Shown here one piece after another: positions 50,531-61,194 of a stretch of 64,000 nucleotides of DNA (the first letter of the stretch is position 1; every line of letters starts with the position of its first letter). The DNA comes from an uncultured Candidatus Saccharibacteria bacterium (GTDB taxonomy: Bacteria; Patescibacteriota; Dojkabacteria; J137). The notes below the pieces were generated by a model. It made no database searches. It saw nothing but the letters and a program-made list of their open reading frames with translations, and had not been told where the DNA came from. A program made the translations under genes and the position numbers. The stretch covers positions 637,009-701,008 of the forward strand of contig OZ246402.1 of NCBI GenBank assembly GCA_965230975.1, given 5' to 3'.

Positions 50531-51808
50531 TTATAGTAACTTACCTGCTACATACCCAGAAGCCCAAGCCCAGGAAAGGTTAAACCCACCAACGTCTCCA
50601 TCTACGTCTAGTATTTCACCACAAAAGTATAATTTATCTAATTTAGAAGACTCGAGAGAGCTTAGTTTTATTTCGTGAGTATCAACACCCCCAGCAGTAA
50701 ATTCTGCTTCATTCCAGCTTCTAGTAGCCTGCACATCTACTATGTAGTTTGTAAGTTTTTCAATTATTAGGTTAGTTTCAAAATCATTAAGTTCGCTTAC
50801 TGTTTTTTGAGGGTTTACACCAATTGCCTTAATTAATGTTAAAGCAATTTTATTTGGGAATATGCCATAAAAACTTTTTTCTACAGTTTGATTAGGTCTT
50901 TTTTGCCATCTATTATTTAGTATTCCTAAAACTTGTTCTTTATTCTTTCCAGGGAAAAAGTTAAGTTTTATTTGACAATCAACTTTATGTAACCTATTTA
51001 TATGAATAGAAATCTCGCGACTAATATTTAATATAGCAGGGCCAGATAACCCATATTGGGTAAACATAACATCGTCAGTTCTCGTTTTAATATTCTTTCC
51101 ATCTATAATTGAAGTAACTTCTATTTCCATTTTTGTGCCTTGAAGTTCGTGGGATAACTGATTCTTTGACACAATTGGCAGTGCAGATGGAACCGGTTCA
51201 ATAATATTGTGCCCAAAATTTTGAGCTAGCTTGTACCCGGAACCATTTGAACCCAAAGCCGGGTAAGTTTTACCTCCTGCTGAAAGTATTAAGTATTCAC
51301 TTGAAAATTCTAAAGTAGATTCGATTTTGCCATCTATAGATAGTTGATTCGCTTTAAGTTGAAAATTTGAATTTTTATTTACTTCAAAAACATCTGTATT
51401 TAAGAATACTTTAATATTCAACCTATTTAATTCATCTTCTAATAATGCTGTCACCGTTTTTGCTTGGTCTGTTACAGGAAACAGTTTGCCAATATCAGTT
51501 TTTCTTTCTACATAAAGTTCTATTCCAAGATCATTAAAAAACTCAACAATATTTGGGTAAGAAAATTGGTTGAAAATTGATTCTATAAATTCAGCTGATG
51601 CCCCATAATAGTGGTCGGCAAAACTTTTATTTAAGTTTATATTTGTAATATTGCACCTTCCAGCACCGCATACTAATATTTTACGGCCCAATGCGAACGT
51701 TCTGTCTAAAATTGCTACAGACATTTCAGGATGATGTTTTTTAGCTGATATAGCAGCCATTTGACCAGCTGCACCCCCACCAATTATTATTAAGTCAAAG
51801 TTATTCAT
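50531..51808 (-). CDS. HI0933/BaiN family flavoprotein
   Basis: IIGGGAAG, GRKILVCGAGRCNITN, TAGGV, GEILDVDGDVGGFNL. Confidence 0.95.
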   Translation of the reverse strand: MNNFDLIIIGGGAAGQMAAISAKKHHPEMSVAILDRTFALGRKILVCGAGRCNITNINLNKSFADHYYGASAEFIESIFNQFSYPNIVEFFNDLGIELYVERKTDIGKLFPVTDQAKTVTALLEDELNRLNIKVFLNTDVFEVNKNSNFQLKANQLSIDGKIESTLEFSSEYLILSAGGKTYPALGSNGSGYKLAQNFGHNIIEPVPSALPIVSKNQLSHELQGTKMEIEVTSIIDGKNIKTRTDDVMFTQYGLSGPAILNISREISIHINRLHKVDCQIKLNFFPGKNKEQVLGILNNRWQKRPNQTVEKSFYGIFPNKIALTLIKAIGVNPQKTVSELNDFETNLIIEKLTNYIVDVQATRSWNEAEFTAGGVDTHEIKLSSLESSKLDKLYFCGEILDVDGDVGGFNLSWAWASGYVAGKLL

Positions 51809-52350
51809 TAATTTTGTAATTCTTCTATATATTCATTAATAATTTCTTCATCCTCAGGGCAAAAATCTGTGTAAATTGAAATAACTTCTGTAATTGGAAG
51901 TTGATATCTCTCTGCAATTTTGGATAGCGCAATATAAAGGTTAAGTCCGTTGTAATTTAAGGGACTAACAATAATATGTAGCTCTTTTTCTAGAATTCTG
52001 TGAGCATTCTGAGCCAAATATTGAGATACTATCAATGCGTTTTCTAAAGATTCTTTATTCCATCCAAGGTTTGCACAAAAATAATTTTCTAGTTTACTGC
52101 CAAATCTTTTGTTTACCAATATAAATTGGTCCAATACAAGTTTTATGGGTACTTTATACTTTAAAGAGATCTCGCTTAGAAGTTTAAATATATCTGCAAA
52201 TTGTATTTTTGTTAGTTCCGTGGATTCTTCCTCTAAAGTGCTACTTCGAGCCCAAGTTGTATATGCCATGTTAAAATCTTCATCTTGCAACTCTGTAGTC
52301 ATTATACTTAAAGGATCTGATAGTGGTGGCTCAGCAAGGTTTGGCTTCAT
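51808..52350 (-). CDS. Hypothetical protein
   Basis: 180-aa ORF coupled to the flavoprotein gene. Confidence 0.55.
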   Translation of the reverse strand: MKPNLAEPPLSDPLSIMTTELQDEDFNMAYTTWARSSTLEEESTELTKIQFADIFKLLSEISLKYKVPIKLVLDQFILVNKRFGSKLENYFCANLGWNKESLENALIVSQYLAQNAHRILEKELHIIVSPLNYNGLNLYIALSKIAERYQLPITEVISIYTDFCPEDEEIINEYIEELQN

Positions 52351-52418
52351 ATTAAAGATTTAATAATATACAAAATATTACTGTGTAATTTAAATTTTGG
52401 CAATGGAATAAACTCAAG

Positions 52419-52718
52419 TTATGTCTCGCCCTTTTTATTTTTGTAAGTAGATAATAACTTTAATACTTCTTCAAAGACTTTTTCTAATTCGTCTTCTTTT
52501 AAACCTAGCTTCCTGGCAATTTCTAAAAGTAGAGTAATAAGAATATTTTGAACACCGGTTTGAATTGGTACGGCACCAGAATTACCAAATTGATTATTCT
52601 GAGATTCAATAGCGCTTTCTCTTGATGTTTCTATCATTGATTGAACATCTCCAAATGCCTCTTTAAAAACACCAATTAGTTGGGATTTGGGAATATTCGG
52701 AGTATTTTCGCTATTCAT
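52419..52718 (-). CDS. Hypothetical protein
   Basis: 99-aa ORF. Confidence 0.5.
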   Translation of the reverse strand: MNSENTPNIPKSQLIGVFKEAFGDVQSMIETSRESAIESQNNQFGNSGAVPIQTGVQNILITLLLEIARKLGLKEDELEKVFEEVLKLLSTYKNKKGET

Positions 52719-52793
52719 TTGTTTTTTATAAGCGCCGAATTATATAGTCTATAGGGTAAATATGTCTACAAGAAAGAATATCAATAGTAGATA

Positions 52794-53975
52794 TTATTTA
52801 TTTAAGAAGGTTTCTATAATATCTGCAATGTCGTTATGTGCATTTAAATTAATTAATGATTTACCATAAGTAATAGATTCATCTATTGGGTTTCCAAAAA
52901 AATCTAGTTTTTTATTTAAGCAATTCACACCTTTATCTAAAGTTTCTGTTAAAGTCTTGTATCCAAAATCTTTTTGCTCGATTATTTCTGCTAAACCGGT
53001 ACTTTTCATAAGTTTAGCGTTTCTAAGTTGCTCATTGTTAGAACTCCACGGTATTGGGATTAGAATAGATAACTTACCAAGCGCTAAATATTCTGTAATA
53101 CTATTTGCACCAGATCTGCCAATAATAATGTCTGATTTGTTTAATGCTTCACCAACTTCTTCGGGTAATATATAGTCTTTAGGTAAATATCTATCTTGAA
53201 TTAAAGCTGGTAATTTCTTTTTTGTATCTAGAGCAGTTGTAAAATCTCCTGTTGCACTTGAATTACCAGTTTGATGAATTATGTTGTACTTTTGAAGTAG
53301 TTCTTGTAACGAACTAAAAACTACCTTGTTTAAAATATGTGAGCCTTGATTTCCACCATAAATAAGTAGTGTGGGGAACCTTTTATCAAAGTTTTTTGTT
53401 AAAGAATCGGTTTTTGCGCTTAAAATCTCTTTTCTGATTGGATTTCCTGTTAAAACTGTTTTATCTTTTTTAAAATACTTAAATGAATTATCCCAACTAA
53501 TTAATACTTTGTTAGCAAATTTGCCAATAAGTCTGTTTGCAAGTCCACTAACAATTGTTTGTTCGTGTGTTATTACAGTAATCCCCTTTAATTTTGCAGA
53601 TAAAACTATAGGTACTGCTAAATAACTACCAAATGAGATAATAATTTGAGGATTATATTTGAATATTATATAAATAGATTTTATAAATCCAGCTGGAATT
53701 AAAGCTAATTGGTATATAACATAAGGGATATCTTTTAAACCAAAACTTCTAATAATTTTCCCTGTTTTTAATTCAATAAATGGAATATTTTGTAACGTTA
53801 TTGTTCTGTATTCAGGAGATAATGATTCATTTTTTTGTTGGTTATATTTATGACCTACCCATACAAAATTTGTGTATCCACGTTTTTTAAGCTCTGCTAT
53901 TACAGATAATGCGGGCGTCATGTGCCCACCGGTAATTAAAATTGGACGTGAGTTTTTTGTTTTATAGTTTAGCAA
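52794..53975 (-). CDS. murG: MurG-type GlcNAc transferase
   Basis: TGGH.TPA, HEQ...GLAN, TGNPIR, GGNQG, HQTG, RSGA, EQ..NA. Confidence 0.88.
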   Translation of the reverse strand: MLNYKTKNSRPILITGGHMTPALSVIAELKKRGYTNFVWVGHKYNQQKNESLSPEYRTITLQNIPFIELKTGKIIRSFGLKDIPYVIYQLALIPAGFIKSIYIIFKYNPQIIISFGSYLAVPIVLSAKLKGITVITHEQTIVSGLANRLIGKFANKVLISWDNSFKYFKKDKTVLTGNPIRKEILSAKTDSLTKNFDKRFPTLLIYGGNQGSHILNKVVFSSLQELLQKYNIIHQTGNSSATGDFTTALDTKKKLPALIQDRYLPKDYILPEEVGEALNKSDIIIGRSGANSITEYLALGKLSILIPIPWSSNNEQLRNAKLMKSTGLAEIIEQKDFGYKTLTETLDKGVNCLNKKLDFFGNPIDESITYGKSLINLNAHNDIADIIETFLNK

Positions 53976-54042
53976 GGTGTTATTTCAAATCACTATGAAT
54001 ATAGTTTAGCAGAAGAACATGATTTTATTAATAGAACACTAT

Positions 54043-54717
54043 CTATAAAATATAATCTGATTTATGAATATATGATTTATAAATTGACAAATCTTTATTT
54101 AAAATACATATATCAAGTTCAGGCCATCTATTCTCTAAATGTTTAATTTCATCAACAGATTTCCAGCTTAACGAATCTCCCAATCTCATTTTATTCTTTT
54201 TCAAATTAGTTATGTTTACAGAGTAAATACTGAAGGCATCGTCAAATATTATTTCGTTTGTAGAGTTAATAATTGTTTTTAAATGCAAACTTGTAAAACT
54301 AAAATTTTCTGAAGATAGTTCAAGTCCTGTGTATTGATAAAATACCCTAGATAATGAGATATTTATATTCTCTCCGAAAAATGGTTTCCCACTAGGCAAA
54401 TTGTAGAAATTGAGTCTAGCATTTGGATGGGACTTCACAAGATAGTTATTATTTTCATCATGGCAAATAAATCCTATGAAAAAGGTTTTAACACCTTTAT
54501 CTTCCAGCCTGAATGGTTCATATTTAGAAATTTCTTTTACACCATCTAAAGAAATAGAGTAAACACCATTATCTTTGTAAATTAATTTATTGCTTAATAA
54601 CTTATTCAAATGGAAAACGATATTATCTTCAAAATCGTAGCCAGAGGTAAGAGTAGCGTATCTTTGATTGTTTTGAAGAGATAGTCTTTTTAATAAAATT
54701 TTTTGCAGTTGATGCAT
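54043..54717 (-). CDS. wHTH + degenerate NUDIX putative regulator
   Basis: FHLNKL...LI.K..G.YS.S..G; LPSGKPFFGE...R.F...TG lacking the catalytic EE. Confidence 0.6.
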   Translation of the reverse strand: MHQLQKILLKRLSLQNNQRYATLTSGYDFEDNIVFHLNKLLSNKLIYKDNGVYSISLDGVKEISKYEPFRLEDKGVKTFFIGFICHDENNNYLVKSHPNARLNFYNLPSGKPFFGENINISLSRVFYQYTGLELSSENFSFTSLHLKTIINSTNEIIFDDAFSIYSVNITNLKKNKMRLGDSLSWKSVDEIKHLENRWPELDICILNKDLSIYKSYIHKSDYIL

Positions 54718-54797
54718 AGTGTAGCTGTCTACTCTAAAAAATAACTGACTAATTGTTTAAAATTCTTTCTATTACTTTAAATATTAACATTACAATT

Positions 54798-55166
54798 ATG
54801 TTTAAGGAACTTTTTGCAGTATGTTTACTAGTAAAAAATTTTGATGTTTCGTTAAGTTTTTATAAAGATAAACTTGGTCTTTCTGTAAACCAGATAAATG
54901 ACAATTTTGCTGATTTTAAATTAAATGGTACTTCATTAGCTATCTTTCAACTAGATGATGCAGTTTCAATGTTTTCAAAGAAATATATGAATTCTGGAGG
55001 AGGCAGTGTTTTTGCTTTTCAAGTAAATAATATTAAGGAATCAGTGAAGTCTCTTAAATCGAAAGGTGTAGTAATTTTTGAAGGTCCTAAAACAACACCT
55101 TGGGGTCAAAAAGTAGCATATTTTCAAGATCCAGATAATAATATTTGGGAGATATCTGAAAAATGA
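54798..55166 (+). CDS. VOC/glyoxalase family protein
   Basis: FYKDKLGL, AFQV, TPWGQKVAYFQDPDNNIWEI. Confidence 0.92.
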   Translation: MFKELFAVCLLVKNFDVSLSFYKDKLGLSVNQINDNFADFKLNGTSLAIFQLDDAVSMFSKKYMNSGGGSVFAFQVNNIKESVKSLKSKGVVIFEGPKTTPWGQKVAYFQDPDNNIWEISEK

Positions 55167-55579
55167 AAAATATATTTTCCAGTCAATACGAAAAATCTGT
55201 AATGTCGGAAGAATTATTGGAAATAGCATTTGATTTTGATAGAGATTTAAATAAGCTATGGGCGGTAGAAATAGCCACTGAAGAAATGCGGCTTTCAGAA
55301 CTTGAGTGGCATTTGGACATACCATTCTTTTGGCAAGAAAATAAACCTTTTAGTTTAAAGCCAAGAGATGTTTTCAATGATCCAGTAAGGTATAAGAAAT
55401 GGATGGATAAAATTATGAACGTAGATATAAGTTATCCAATTGATATTATTTTTTGGAAGGGGAGGTGGCAAATATTAGATGGTTTGCACAGATTGTGTAA
55501 ACTTTATCTGCTAGAAGTTGAGTTTACTAAGGTAAGAAAAATCCCTCTAGAATCTTTAAAGTTAATTATGCCAGATTAG
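55163..55579 (+). CDS. ParB/Srx-like domain protein
   Basis: YPIDII...WQILDGLHRL. Confidence 0.7.
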   Translation: MKNIFSSQYEKSVMSEELLEIAFDFDRDLNKLWAVEIATEEMRLSELEWHLDIPFFWQENKPFSLKPRDVFNDPVRYKKWMDKIMNVDISYPIDIIFWKGRWQILDGLHRLCKLYLLEVEFTKVRKIPLESLKLIMPD

Positions 55580-55632
55580 TCTTTGGCTGCAAATTATTTG
55601 AAAAAGATTAACTTTATATTAATATTGTTTAT

Positions 55633-56292
55633 ATGAAATCTACTATTTATGCCCAGGTTCTAAATAAAATAATTGAATTTTACGAAGGTTACTCTAAAGT
55701 AATAAGGGGTACGACTCAACCTTATACTTATAACAGAATAAAATCTAAATTACCTAGTCTGGATTACAAACCCGATGTAGAGCTATTTAGAGAAACATTA
55801 GTAGAGCATGTGGGTTCGTTACCAATAGTTGCAAGTACTGTTTATCCGTATATAAATGATATAGAAGTAGATTTAGGTCATGCATTATTGCTTTTATCTA
55901 TTCACGATATTGGTGAATTATCAACTGGAGATGAAATAACTTTTTTAAAAGACAAGAATAATCCACCTAATGGAATCTCAGAAAAAGATTCTGCTATAAA
56001 GTTATTAGATCCGTACTATCACGATTTGTATTTAGAGGTTGAGGAAAGAAAAACTAAGTCTGCAAGATTTGCTAAAAGTATAGATAAAATTACACCTGAT
56101 ATTCTAGATTTAATATTGCCAGCAGAGATCACAATACTACGATATAAAGAATTAATGAAGAAATCACCTAAAGAAATAGTCCCTCTTATTAAAGAGTTTA
56201 AACATCCGTATATGCTTTGGAATCCGTTTATGACAAAATTCCATCTACATCTATTAGATGAAATAGATAAGAAGTTGAAAAGTTACTACTAA
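55633..56292 (+). CDS. HD-domain hydrolase
   Basis: EHV...IHDIGE..TGD...FAKSIDK. Confidence 0.8.
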   Translation: MKSTIYAQVLNKIIEFYEGYSKVIRGTTQPYTYNRIKSKLPSLDYKPDVELFRETLVEHVGSLPIVASTVYPYINDIEVDLGHALLLLSIHDIGELSTGDEITFLKDKNNPPNGISEKDSAIKLLDPYYHDLYLEVEERKTKSARFAKSIDKITPDILDLILPAEITILRYKELMKKSPKEIVPLIKEFKHPYMLWNPFMTKFHLHLLDEIDKKLKSYY

Positions 56293-56323
56293 AATCTTTA
56301 GTTGAAGTTATTTGAAGTTTAAA

Positions 56324-56396
56324 AGCGGACGACGAGGCTCGAACTCGCGACCTCTTCCTTGGCAAGGAAGCGTTCTACCAATTGAACTACATCCGC
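56324..56396 (-). tRNA. tRNA-Gly(GCC)
   Basis: GCGGATG acceptor, CTTCC-TTGCCAA-GGAAG anticodon arm, GTTCGAG; CCA not encoded. Confidence 0.96.
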
Positions 56397-56592
56397 ATTT
56401 AACAAGTGTAATTATATTCTAATTTCTATAAACAGTCTATAGATTGAAGTTTATTTAATGTTAAAATTACAAAAATTTAAACCTTAAGTTTACAGACCCT
56501 TCAATAGACCCATCAGAGGCAAATATTCAATTAAGTCGATTGAATTTAAAATATTTGGTTGCTTAAGAATATGTTTCTGTATAACATATTAT

Positions 56593-57327
56593 ATGACCCG
56601 AAAATTTATAAGCACAATTTTAATTGCTTCTACCTTAATTGTACTTTTAGGTCTAATAACATACTTCTTGACATCTTATTCCTATTTAAAATTGGTTAGT
56701 TTAATCAATTATTACGATAAAGATTTAGTAGTTGAATTGAACGGACAAAAACATGGTTTGAAGCCATTTGACACCCAGCTTTTAAAGATCAAAGATTTAA
56801 GAAATTTGAATGTGACAGCAACTATAGATGGCCAATCTGTTTATAATAAAAGTATATCTCTTTCTTATGAAAATCAGGTTCTTGGCCTATATTTTTCCGA
56901 TGTTCAGCATTGTTATTATCAAACAAATTTAAGTAGGGAACTAAGCACTTTAACTTTCAATACTATTTCAACTCCTAATGATTTCTTATTGCAGGATGCA
57001 AATATGGATTCTACTACTTATTTCATTCCTGGGTCGGCTAAATCAGATATAGATTTAAATAAAACTCTAATTGGCTACTTACCATTGCCTTGTTTTGAAA
57101 TATCGAATGCAGAAAGTATACTTGCCAATAATCAACTCTTTTGGAATTATAATTCACAGCTTCAAAGAGAGTATTATTTTAGCAATGTAGACAAAATAAA
57201 TACCTCTACAAATATAGATCAACTTGTTGAGATTAAAGGTGTAGGCGATGATAAATTAAACTTTCTATTTATAAATGGAACTATTCTATTTAGGCAACAG
57301 GAAGAAGAATACTTTATTGTAGATTAA
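56593..57327 (+). CDS. Membrane-anchored hypothetical protein
   Basis: N-terminal TM, beta-rich remainder. Confidence 0.6.
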   Translation: MTRKFISTILIASTLIVLLGLITYFLTSYSYLKLVSLINYYDKDLVVELNGQKHGLKPFDTQLLKIKDLRNLNVTATIDGQSVYNKSISLSYENQVLGLYFSDVQHCYYQTNLSRELSTLTFNTISTPNDFLLQDANMDSTTYFIPGSAKSDIDLNKTLIGYLPLPCFEISNAESILANNQLFWNYNSQLQREYYFSNVDKINTSTNIDQLVEIKGVGDDKLNFLFINGTILFRQQEEEYFIVD

Positions 57328-57355
57328 TCTTAAATTTTATTGTAACTTAAATGTC

Positions 57356-60300
57356 TTATAAGTCTTGAATGGCTTCTTTACAGTAATCACATTCATGGCA
57401 AAGTGGATACCCACCTTCGTTACCCGAAAACTCTAAATTTCTAATTCTTGTTACAACATCTATAATCTTTTCTTTAACTAATTGAACATCTTCTTGAATT
57501 ACTGGAAATGTTTCTTTTTTATATAAACCGGATTTGTTAGGTTTTAAAAAGTCAATTTGAACTTCTGCTACCTTATACTTATCTAAGCCTAATTTTGGTT
57601 TAAAATACTTATCACAATCTGCCAATATGTAATAAAACAACAGCTGGTAATACATTCGTGGGTCAGCCTTCTTTGTTAAACCTTTAATCTCATTTTGGGA
57701 TTGTGGGTCTTTAACTTTATAGTCTACAACTCTAACAAGGTTTTGCTCTTTATTTAGCCATTCAATCTTATCAAGTTTACCTTTTAGGACAATAGGTTCC
57801 TGTCCAGGGATTTCAAATATAGTTTCAGATTTATGAAAGGTATATTCAACCTCTGCTGGTATTTCAAATTCAGATTTATAGTGCATTATATAATCTGTTA
57901 ATATTGCTTTCCCTTCTGTTAAGACCTGTTGATAAAGATCTGAGCTGTGCAAGTTTTTGTGTAGGTAGCTCTCAAAATATTTAAGCAAATCATCAATAGA
58001 GTAGTTTTCATGATTAATTAAATGTCTACCAAGCTTTTCTAATGCAAAGTGAATAGAAGACCCCAAGATTGCTGTTTTATTTGAAGGTCTTGGCAGTTTT
58101 ATTAAATGTTCATATTTAAATTTAAGTGGACATTCTATGTATGTTAAGAATGATGTTGCGGACAATTGAAATTTTTTAACAAGCGATTCTAAATACTTCT
58201 TTTCATCTTCAGAATGGTCTATTAAGTGATTTGATGTAAGTCTCTCTTTAAAGTATGCAATGTCTTCCGACTCGTATTTGCTTGAGTCGCTTTTATCAAT
58301 TAATTTATTATCAAGCTCGTAAATAAACTGACTTGGGGACACCTCTTTTTTACCTGTAGATGAATCGTATTGGTTTGAATATGTTAGGAACAATTTTTGC
58401 TTAGCTCTTGTTAAAGCTACGTAAAGCAAACGCCTTTCATCTTCCTCCTTTTCGTTACCAGTTTTTACATCTAATTTTGTTATTGGCAGCTTAAAGAAGT
58501 TTCTTTCCGGCTTTCCTTCCCAGTTTTTATCGTAGAGGTTCATAACAAATACGTAAGGGAACTCTAACCCTTTAGATTTATGGGCAGTCATTAAATTAAC
58601 ACCATTTCTTTCAATATCTAGTTCGTTTTCGGGTATTGAAATTCGATTTTCTTCGTATAGCTTTAAGTCATTTAAGAACTCGTTTAAATTGATTTTTTTG
58701 TCTGCAGTGTAAATAGATTTAATATAGTTGTAAAAGGAGTTTACAGAGTTTATATTCTCAATGTTCTTATCTTTAAAGAATACAAAGTCCAGATAACCAG
58801 ATTCTTGAAATATCCTTTCGGTTAAATCAATAAGATTTGTGTTTTCGCTTAAAGCTCTCCAGTCTGCGAGTTTTTGTGCAAATGTAATAAACTTTTCTGG
58901 TTCTGAAACACCTGCCGCTTTAAGTTGCTCTTCTGTTGAAATTATATTGAATAAAGAGGTCTTGTTAAAAGATGCCTGGTTAGTTACTTTAAATGTATCT
59001 AATCTTTTAAATCCTAAAAAGTCATAAAAGAGTATTTTGAATAATGTAAATTCTCTATCTTCATTGGTATACATTATTGTTTTAAGTAAGTTCAAAAATT
59101 GCTGAATAATTAGTTCATCTAGTGCATTGCTTCCTGCTGCTAATTTAAAAGGCAACCCTTTTTTGATCATCGCATTAATTAAGTCTTCTGCATCTGAATG
59201 GTTTCTGTAAAAAATTGCAATATCCGAGTATGCAATACCTGAATCATTTAGTTCTTTGATTTTTTCTGTAATAAATCTGACTTCGTATTCCCCATCTTTA
59301 AATTCAAAAACTTCTGCTTGTTGGTTGGTTATGCCACTTTCTGCTTTTAAGTCTTTATTAACATCTTTAATTAAGTTGCTTAAACGCATTGTATTTTTTT
59401 CTACCAAAGATTTTGATAAATCAAGAATAGCTTGGCTAGATCTGTAGTTTTTTGTAAGGGTAATGGTTTTTACATTTTCAAATTCTTTTGTAAAGAAAAG
59501 TAAATTTTCTACATTTGCTCCTTGAAATCTGTAAATAGCTTGGTCATCATCTCCTACAGCAAATATGTTTGGCGATTTATCAAAAGAACCTAAAAGTTTA
59601 AGTAGCTGGTTTTGAGACCCGTTTGTATCTTGGTATTCATCTACTAAGATATACAAATATTTCTCTTGGTTTTCTGCTAATAAATCTTTATCCTCTTCAA
59701 ATTTATTAATTACGTAAAGAATCATATCTTCGTAATCATAAAACCCTTTCTCTTTAATTAATTCCTGATATTTTTTATATAGTTCATAAAGTTCTAGATT
59801 TTTATCTTGCCTTTGTCTATTTGTTTGCCAATCTAGCTTTGGTTTACCTGTCCTACTATTTATATCTGGATTTGCTTCTAGTTCTTGAATTATCTCTTGG
59901 GTTCTGTTTAATAATTCTTCGGGTGAAATTCCTTCTCGTTTTAATGTTTGTATTCCATTAAGTATTTGGTTTTGGTAAAAGTAGGGGTCGTGTAATGGTT
60001 TTAAAGTATGTTTTGTATCTTGAGGTAAGCTATCTAAAACTTCTCGCATTATCTTTACTTTGTTTAGGTCGTCTAGTTGTTTTAAGTCTCTTGAAAAAGA
60101 GAACTTGTTTGGATTGCTTAATATAATTTCATTACAAAAGCTGTGGAATGTGTGTATTTTCACATAATAAGCTTCTGTACCAATATATCTTAAAAGCCTT
60201 TCGCGCATGGCTGTTACACCAGATTCTGTGAATGTTAAGCAAAGAATATTTCCAGGCAAAGCATCTGTTTTTTGTAATATGTTTGCAATTCTTAAAGAAA

Positions 60301-60418
60301 GCACTTGAGTTTTACCAGTACCAGGGCCAGCAATAACCAATACTGGACCTTCTAATGTATTTACAGCCTGATATTGTTCGGGGTTAAGCCTTACTTTTTC
60401 TATCTCTGAAGTGTTCAT
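57356..60418 (-). CDS. UvrD/PcrA-like helicase fused to PD-(D/E)XK nuclease
   Basis: AGPGTGKT, VDEYQD, VGDDDQAIY.F.GA, NYRS, TAHKSKGLEF, YVALTRAK; GKLDKI..VVDYK; Cys cluster. Confidence 0.92.
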   Translation of the reverse strand: MNTSEIEKVRLNPEQYQAVNTLEGPVLVIAGPGTGKTQVLSLRIANILQKTDALPGNILCLTFTESGVTAMRERLLRYIGTEAYYVKIHTFHSFCNEIILSNPNKFSFSRDLKQLDDLNKVKIMREVLDSLPQDTKHTLKPLHDPYFYQNQILNGIQTLKREGISPEELLNRTQEIIQELEANPDINSRTGKPKLDWQTNRQRQDKNLELYELYKKYQELIKEKGFYDYEDMILYVINKFEEDKDLLAENQEKYLYILVDEYQDTNGSQNQLLKLLGSFDKSPNIFAVGDDDQAIYRFQGANVENLLFFTKEFENVKTITLTKNYRSSQAILDLSKSLVEKNTMRLSNLIKDVNKDLKAESGITNQQAEVFEFKDGEYEVRFITEKIKELNDSGIAYSDIAIFYRNHSDAEDLINAMIKKGLPFKLAAGSNALDELIIQQFLNLLKTIMYTNEDREFTLFKILFYDFLGFKRLDTFKVTNQASFNKTSLFNIISTEEQLKAAGVSEPEKFITFAQKLADWRALSENTNLIDLTERIFQESGYLDFVFFKDKNIENINSVNSFYNYIKSIYTADKKINLNEFLNDLKLYEENRISIPENELDIERNGVNLMTAHKSKGLEFPYVFVMNLYDKNWEGKPERNFFKLPITKLDVKTGNEKEEDERRLLYVALTRAKQKLFLTYSNQYDSSTGKKEVSPSQFIYELDNKLIDKSDSSKYESEDIAYFKERLTSNHLIDHSEDEKKYLESLVKKFQLSATSFLTYIECPLKFKYEHLIKLPRPSNKTAILGSSIHFALEKLGRHLINHENYSIDDLLKYFESYLHKNLHSSDLYQQVLTEGKAILTDYIMHYKSEFEIPAEVEYTFHKSETIFEIPGQEPIVLKGKLDKIEWLNKEQNLVRVVDYKVKDPQSQNEIKGLTKKADPRMYYQLLFYYILADCDKYFKPKLGLDKYKVAEVQIDFLKPNKSGLYKKETFPVIQEDVQLVKEKIIDVVTRIRNLEFSGNEGGYPLCHECDYCKEAIQDL

Positions 60419-60481
60419 CTGTTAATATTCTCACATAGATACCATCTTCATCAATAGTTTAATTACATTTCATTATTAACT

Positions 60482-61153
60482 TTGTTGACAACGCCTTTGA
60501 GTGATATAATTGCTATATATAAATATTGTTTTATGCAACCTGTGACAAACATGCTCCATAATCTTGAACTAGAAGATGTTAATTCTAAATCGATTGACGA
60601 GCTTATTACAAAATCTTCGTTAGGTACTCTTTCTGACAACACTTTATCAGCTCTAAATATTCTATTCCAAAATAATTATCTGGTTGATGAGGATGAACTT
60701 ATAAATAGTTGGAAAGAAATTGTAAGAAGTGATCATATTTCTAAAATGTACATAATGGGACATAGAAATGCAGGCACGATAGAGCTGGCTAATTCACTAA
60801 ATTCCATGGCTTCACAATCTGCAGGTTCTTACATTACAGATCTTCAAGCAATTTTAAATGAATTTAATATTGAATTACCTTATGCTGAATCAAGTGCTCT
60901 TAAACTATCTCAACAAGAAATAATTGAATTGTCAAAGACTACAACGCTTGCCTTCCTTAGGAAGTGTCAAGGCAGGTTAAAGGCTATTGGTTATGCAGAT
61001 AGTCGATACAGAGAAGGTATTATATTTATGCTCCCAGAAAATCTAGAAAGTTTAAAACTTTTTACTTACTACGAATTTGTGATACTAGCTACTTTAATCT
61101 TAAATGATGTAGTGACATGTCCAGTTAAGTTTGTAATACCCAAAAGAAAGTAA
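60482..61153 (+). CDS. Hypothetical protein (start probably 60533 or later)
   Basis: ORF with TTGACA and TGATATAAT sites in its annotated 5' part. Confidence 0.55.
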   Translation: MLTTPLSDIIAIYKYCFMQPVTNMLHNLELEDVNSKSIDELITKSSLGTLSDNTLSALNILFQNNYLVDEDELINSWKEIVRSDHISKMYIMGHRNAGTIELANSLNSMASQSAGSYITDLQAILNEFNIELPYAESSALKLSQQEIIELSKTTTLAFLRKCQGRLKAIGYADSRYREGIIFMLPENLESLKLFTYYEFVILATLILNDVVTCPVKFVIPKRK

Positions 61154-61194
61154 TTTGTTTATCAAATTTGAAATTAGTCACCGATTTACCTGGA

